Below, in pieces: positions 60,339-64,000 of a stretch of 64,000 nucleotides of DNA (position 1 is the first letter of the stretch; every line of letters begins with the position of its first letter). The notes below the pieces were generated by a model that had not been told where the DNA came from, did not search any database, and saw only the letters and a list, made by a program, of their open reading frames with translations. This DNA comes from an uncultured Bacteroidota bacterium (lineage in GTDB: Bacteria; Bacteroidota; Bacteroidia; Bacteroidales; GCA-2748055), in the NCBI GenBank assembly GCA_937129385.1, contig CAKZNC010000220.1, positions 98,604-162,603 of the forward strand, read 5' to 3'. The position numbers were made by a program, and so were the translations under genes.

Positions 60339-61382
60339 ATGGCGTTACGGAAAACACCACGTGGTCAGTCCCTGATGATCTCAACGATCGTTGTGATCAT
60401 ATATATTGCAGGCAGTGCGCTACTTGACCTGGCCGGATTGGCCGGGAACATCTTCTGGCAGGCCGGACTGGCCGCAGTGCTATTCATATTCTCATTTTTG
60501 GTCGTTCACAGGATCTTTTTGAAGTATGTTGAAAAACGTATGGCCCCGGTGTTCAAGACCATCCAAAAGGTTACCACTTCACAAAAGAAGATCCGGCAGC
60601 AGATCGATTCGGGTGATTTTTCGGAAAATCTTGATAAAGAGGTGGAATCATGGGCCACCAGTCAGACAGCAGAGATCAGGCAATTGCGTGAAATGGAGCG
60701 ATACAGGAAAGACTTCCTTGGAAATGTGTCACATGAATTAAAAACGCCGATTTTCAATATACAGGGATATATCCTCACATTGCTTGACGGTGGGCTTGAA
60801 GATGAAAACATCAACAAATTATACCTGAATAAGGCTGAAAAATCGATCAACAGGATGATTTCGATCGTTGACGACCTGGTCTCGATCTCACGTCTTGAGT
60901 CCGGAGAATTCAAGTTAAAAAGGGAGGAGTTCAATATTGTAAAACTTGTGGAGGATATCTTTGAGAACCATGAGATGCTGGCAAAACAATTCAAGGTAAA
61001 ACTTGAGTTTGACAGTAACTATAACAAGCCCATCCGGGTCAATGCCGACAGGAAAAGAATCACGGAAGTCTTGAACAACCTGGTGGTGAATTCGATCAAA
61101 TACGGAAAGTCAGGCGGTAAGACCCGTGTTGGCTTTGCCGACACCGGGGAGTCCATCCTCGTGGATATCACAGACAACGGGATCGGGATAAGCGAAGAGG
61201 ACCTTCCCAGGATTTTTGAAAGATTCTACAGGGTTGACAGGAGTCGGTCCAGGGATTCAGGGGGGACCGGGCTCGGCCTGGCCATTGTAAAACACATCAT
61301 CCAGGCGCACAACCAGACCATCAATGTGCGGAGCGGTATCGGTCGGGGCACCTCATTTGTATTTTCTCTGCAAAAGGGTTAA
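60339..61382 (+). CDS. Two-component sensor histidine kinase (PhoR-like)
   Basis: 2 TMs, H-box NVSHELKTPIF, N-box NLVVNSIKYG, DNGIGI, IFERFYRVD, GGTGLGLAI. Confidence 0.92.
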   Translation: MALRKTPRGQSLMISTIVVIIYIAGSALLDLAGLAGNIFWQAGLAAVLFIFSFLVVHRIFLKYVEKRMAPVFKTIQKVTTSQKKIRQQIDSGDFSENLDKEVESWATSQTAEIRQLREMERYRKDFLGNVSHELKTPIFNIQGYILTLLDGGLEDENINKLYLNKAEKSINRMISIVDDLVSISRLESGEFKLKREEFNIVKLVEDIFENHEMLAKQFKVKLEFDSNYNKPIRVNADRKRITEVLNNLVVNSIKYGKSGGKTRVGFADTGESILVDITDNGIGISEEDLPRIFERFYRVDRSRSRDSGGTGLGLAIVKHIIQAHNQTINVRSGIGRGTSFVFSLQKG

Positions 61383-63118
61383 GGAGCCTTCCAGTCGCCA
61401 TGTTCGCTTATGACCTCAATCAGTTTATTTACAGCCTGATCCTGAGGCACATTTTTTGCAACAGGTTTTTTACCTGCGTAGATGGTTACCTTGCCCTCTG
61501 CCGCACCGATATAACCATAGTCGGCATCTGCCATTTCGCCGGGTCCATTCACGATGCACCCCATGACCGCGATCTTCAGCCCTTTCAGGTGTGATGTTCG
61601 TTGTCTGACCTCCCCCAGGACAGACTGAATGTCGAATCGGGTTCTCCCACAGGATGGACAGGCGATGTATTCAGTTGAAAAGATCCTGTTCCTGGTGGCC
61701 TGCAGGATCATAAAGGAGAGCCTATTCAGGAATTTTGGCGAAAGACCAGGGTGAGACAGCCATACGCCCGCCAGCAAGCTGTCGGTGAGCAGCAGCGAGA
61801 ATTCTCCCGTGGCACGTACCAACATCGTCTCCTCATCTGGATCATCGTATCTTTTTTTCAGGATCACCGGCTTCTTATTACCTTTTTCAAGGTACCGGGC
61901 AAACCAGTACCTGACCTGGGTGGCTGATGCATTTCCGGCGTCAAGTACTACCACCGCCACCCTTTCATCGATCATAATTTCTTCGGGGCTTCGATCCAAA
62001 GTGACAAGACGAACAGGGGAGGAGTGGGAATCAACACCGATCTTCGTACCGCCATCAATAGGGGAGAGCACATATCCATCCCTGTTGTTTTCGGCGATAA
62101 AATCAGGGACCGGATCACTGTAATTTTCAAACCCCGAGATGACCACCGGGGGGTGAGTGCCGCCGATCGGTCCGAATACCCCGGGGATGCTTGTATTGTG
62201 GTGAAACGGATCCCATGGAAGCTGTTCAAACGGATGGTAAGGAAGGGAGTCGGGCTTTGGAAAGATAGCGGTGATCATTGCTGCCACCGGAATTTCATTC
62301 TCTGGGGGTTCGGTCAGGCTGACCCGTATGGTGTCGCCAATTCCCTCTGCGAGAAGTGGGGCGATCCCTGCAACTGATTTTACACGTCCCTCCATCCCGT
62401 CTCCGGATTCCGTCACCCCAAGATGAAGGGGAAAATAGAGGTCCTCTTCCACCATCCGGCGGGTCAGCATCCGAACCGCCTGTACCATCAGTACCGAGTT
62501 GCTGGATTTCAGGGAGATCACCACCTGATCAAAATTTTCATCCCCGCATATCCTTGCAAATTCCATTGCCGATTCGACCATTCCTTCTGGGGTGTCCCCG
62601 TAGACCGACATGATCCGCCCGGAGAGCGAGCCATGGTTGACACCAATGCGCAGGGCAGTGTTCGCAGATTTACATATGTCAATCAACTCTTTGAGCCGGA
62701 TCCTGTTCTTCTCCAGGCCTTCCCGGCGATCCTGCCCGGAAGCATCGGTATAATCGCCTGTTTTTTCTGTAAAATTCCCGGGATTGATCCGCACTTTTTC
62801 ACAGATTCGTGCTGCTGCAAGTGCCACTTTCGCATTAAAGTGAACATCCGCAACTACCGGGACCTGCCGGTACTCATTTTCCAGGTTCAGAATGATCTTT
62901 TCAAGGGCTTTTACCTCCCGGATCCCCTGCGTGGTAAAACGCACCATGGAGGCTCCTGCATCGACGATCATTTTTAACTGTAGTATGGAAGCTTCAACAT
63001 CCAGGGTATTTGTATTGGCCATGGACTGGATCACTACCGGATGGGTACTGCCAAGGTAAACATCCCCGATCTTCACCTGCCTTGCACGTGGAACACGGTA
63101 TGTATCCGTGGTATTCAT
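61379..63118 (-). CDS. ispG: (E)-4-hydroxy-3-methylbut-2-enyl-diphosphate synthase, long form with insert domain
   Basis: IQSM, ADVHF, RINPGN, RIGVNHGSL, HLGVTE, GDTIRVSL, CPSCGR, MGCIVNGPGE. Confidence 0.96.
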   Translation of the reverse strand: MNTTDTYRVPRARQVKIGDVYLGSTHPVVIQSMANTNTLDVEASILQLKMIVDAGASMVRFTTQGIREVKALEKIILNLENEYRQVPVVADVHFNAKVALAAARICEKVRINPGNFTEKTGDYTDASGQDRREGLEKNRIRLKELIDICKSANTALRIGVNHGSLSGRIMSVYGDTPEGMVESAMEFARICGDENFDQVVISLKSSNSVLMVQAVRMLTRRMVEEDLYFPLHLGVTESGDGMEGRVKSVAGIAPLLAEGIGDTIRVSLTEPPENEIPVAAMITAIFPKPDSLPYHPFEQLPWDPFHHNTSIPGVFGPIGGTHPPVVISGFENYSDPVPDFIAENNRDGYVLSPIDGGTKIGVDSHSSPVRLVTLDRSPEEIMIDERVAVVVLDAGNASATQVRYWFARYLEKGNKKPVILKKRYDDPDEETMLVRATGEFSLLLTDSLLAGVWLSHPGLSPKFLNRLSFMILQATRNRIFSTEYIACPSCGRTRFDIQSVLGEVRQRTSHLKGLKIAVMGCIVNGPGEMADADYGYIGAAEGKVTIYAGKKPVAKNVPQDQAVNKLIEVISEHGDWKAP

Positions 63119-64000
63119 TGTCGGGAAATCTCCCAGTCTGCACCGTCCTTGCCATCTTTGATCTGAACTCCCATTTCCCGTAGGGCATCCCTGATCTGGT
63201 CGGCCGTTTCAAAATCTTTACGTTTCTTGGCCGACTGCCTGAGTTCCAGAATGTATTCTACGAGACTGTCCGTGATCCCGGCTTCGTTCGATTCTGTTTT
63301 CGGGGGGGCCAGGCCGAGGATTTCATGGACGTAGGTGTGGTAGATATTTTTAAGCAACTCGAGATTTTCCTTGTCGATCTTTATTCGTTCATCGTGGAGG
63401 GAATGTATGGTTTTAACCCCGTCGAAGAGCCTGGAAATCATCACGGGTGTGTTCAGGTCGTCGATCATGGCATCGAAACATTTCTGTTCCAGCTCAGACG
63501 CATTCACCACCCCTGAGTTGGCCGGTTCAAGTGTCTCCAGCAGTGCGATTGCACCATGGAGTCTCTGTAGCCCCTTTTCAGAGGCCTCCAGTGCTTCATT
63601 CGAAAAATCCAGCGTACTCCTGTAATGGGCCTGCAAGATGAAGAACCTGACAGTCATCGGGTCGTAAGCCCGGTTCAGCAATTTATGATTGCCACTGAAG
63701 AGTTCATCCAGTGTGATAAAGTTCCCAAGCGAACGGCCCATTTTCTGTCCGTTGATGGTGATCATGTTGTTATGCATCCAGTAGCGTACACCCTCGTTGC
63801 CATAACCGGCAACATTCTGTGCGATCTCGCATTCGTGGTGTGGAAACAGCAGATCCATTCCTCCACCGTGTATGTCGATGACTTCGCCCAGGTAGCGGGC
63901 ACTCATCGCAGAACATTCGAGATGCCATCCGGGAAATCCTTCTCCCCACTCGGAAGCCCAGCGCATTATATGGCTGGGTTCTGCTTTTTTCCACAGGGCA
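63115..64000 (-). CDS. cysS: Cysteine--tRNA ligase, C-terminal part (5' end outside the window)
   Basis: [39 protein letters not shown] variant [20 protein letters not shown]. Confidence 0.97.
   Translation of the reverse strand, partial: ALWKKAEPSHIMRWASEWGEGFPGWHLECSAMSARYLGEVIDIHGGGMDLLFPHHECEIAQNVAGYGNEGVRYWMHNNMITINGQKMGRSLGNFITLDELFSGNHKLLNRAYDPMTVRFFILQAHYRSTLDFSNEALEASEKGLQRLHGAIALLETLEPANSGVVNASELEQKCFDAMIDDLNTPVMISRLFDGVKTIHSLHDERIKIDKENLELLKNIYHTYVHEILGLAPPKTESNEAGITDSLVEYILELRQSAKKRKDFETADQIRDALREMGVQIKDGKDGADWEISRQ

Noticed and set aside
63080-63095. parS-like CCTTGCACGTGGAACA in the ispG 5' end
   Set aside because: Three mismatches, all in one arm, and inside coding sequence; at best a weak site.
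61379-63118. Unusually long IspG with a central insert
   Set aside because: The three-domain IspG form is already known from Bacteroidota, Chlamydiae and plants.

Overview
Chromosomal core-genome window from a Bacteroidota bacterium, most likely Bacteroidales. This is supported by TAnnTTTG promoter elements, the flippase-dut-TPR-DUF4292-envC block, the long IspG and the pbpC-alpha-2-macroglobulin pair. It holds about 54 CDSs, mostly housekeeping (dnaG, rnpA, polA, uvrC, mnmG, ybeY, dut, pheS, ruvB, nadA, hemW, lgt, ispD, ispG, partial cysS). I found no rRNA, tRNA, CRISPR array, prophage or IS element. The window appears to span the replication origin: two perfect tandem parS palindromes lie just downstream of mnmG (24679-24719), and a 453-bp AT-rich nadA/rpiB intergenic region shows an AT-rich/trio/GC/tandem DnaA-box-like layout (40051-40503), with no dnaA gene in the window. 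The most unusual protein-coding system is a 1388-aa GT4 glycosyltransferase + unknown middle region + NAGPA-like phosphodiester glycosidase fusion. It converges across hemW on a paralogous stand-alone GT4 resembling mannosylglucosylglycerate synthase, so the pair may be an uncharacterised compatible-solute or glycoconjugate pathway. Three ORFs missing from the supplied track were found, along with a primase lacking all four zinc ligands and a zupT-CDF-CDF metal transport cluster. All calls come from reading motifs by eye; no database search was run.
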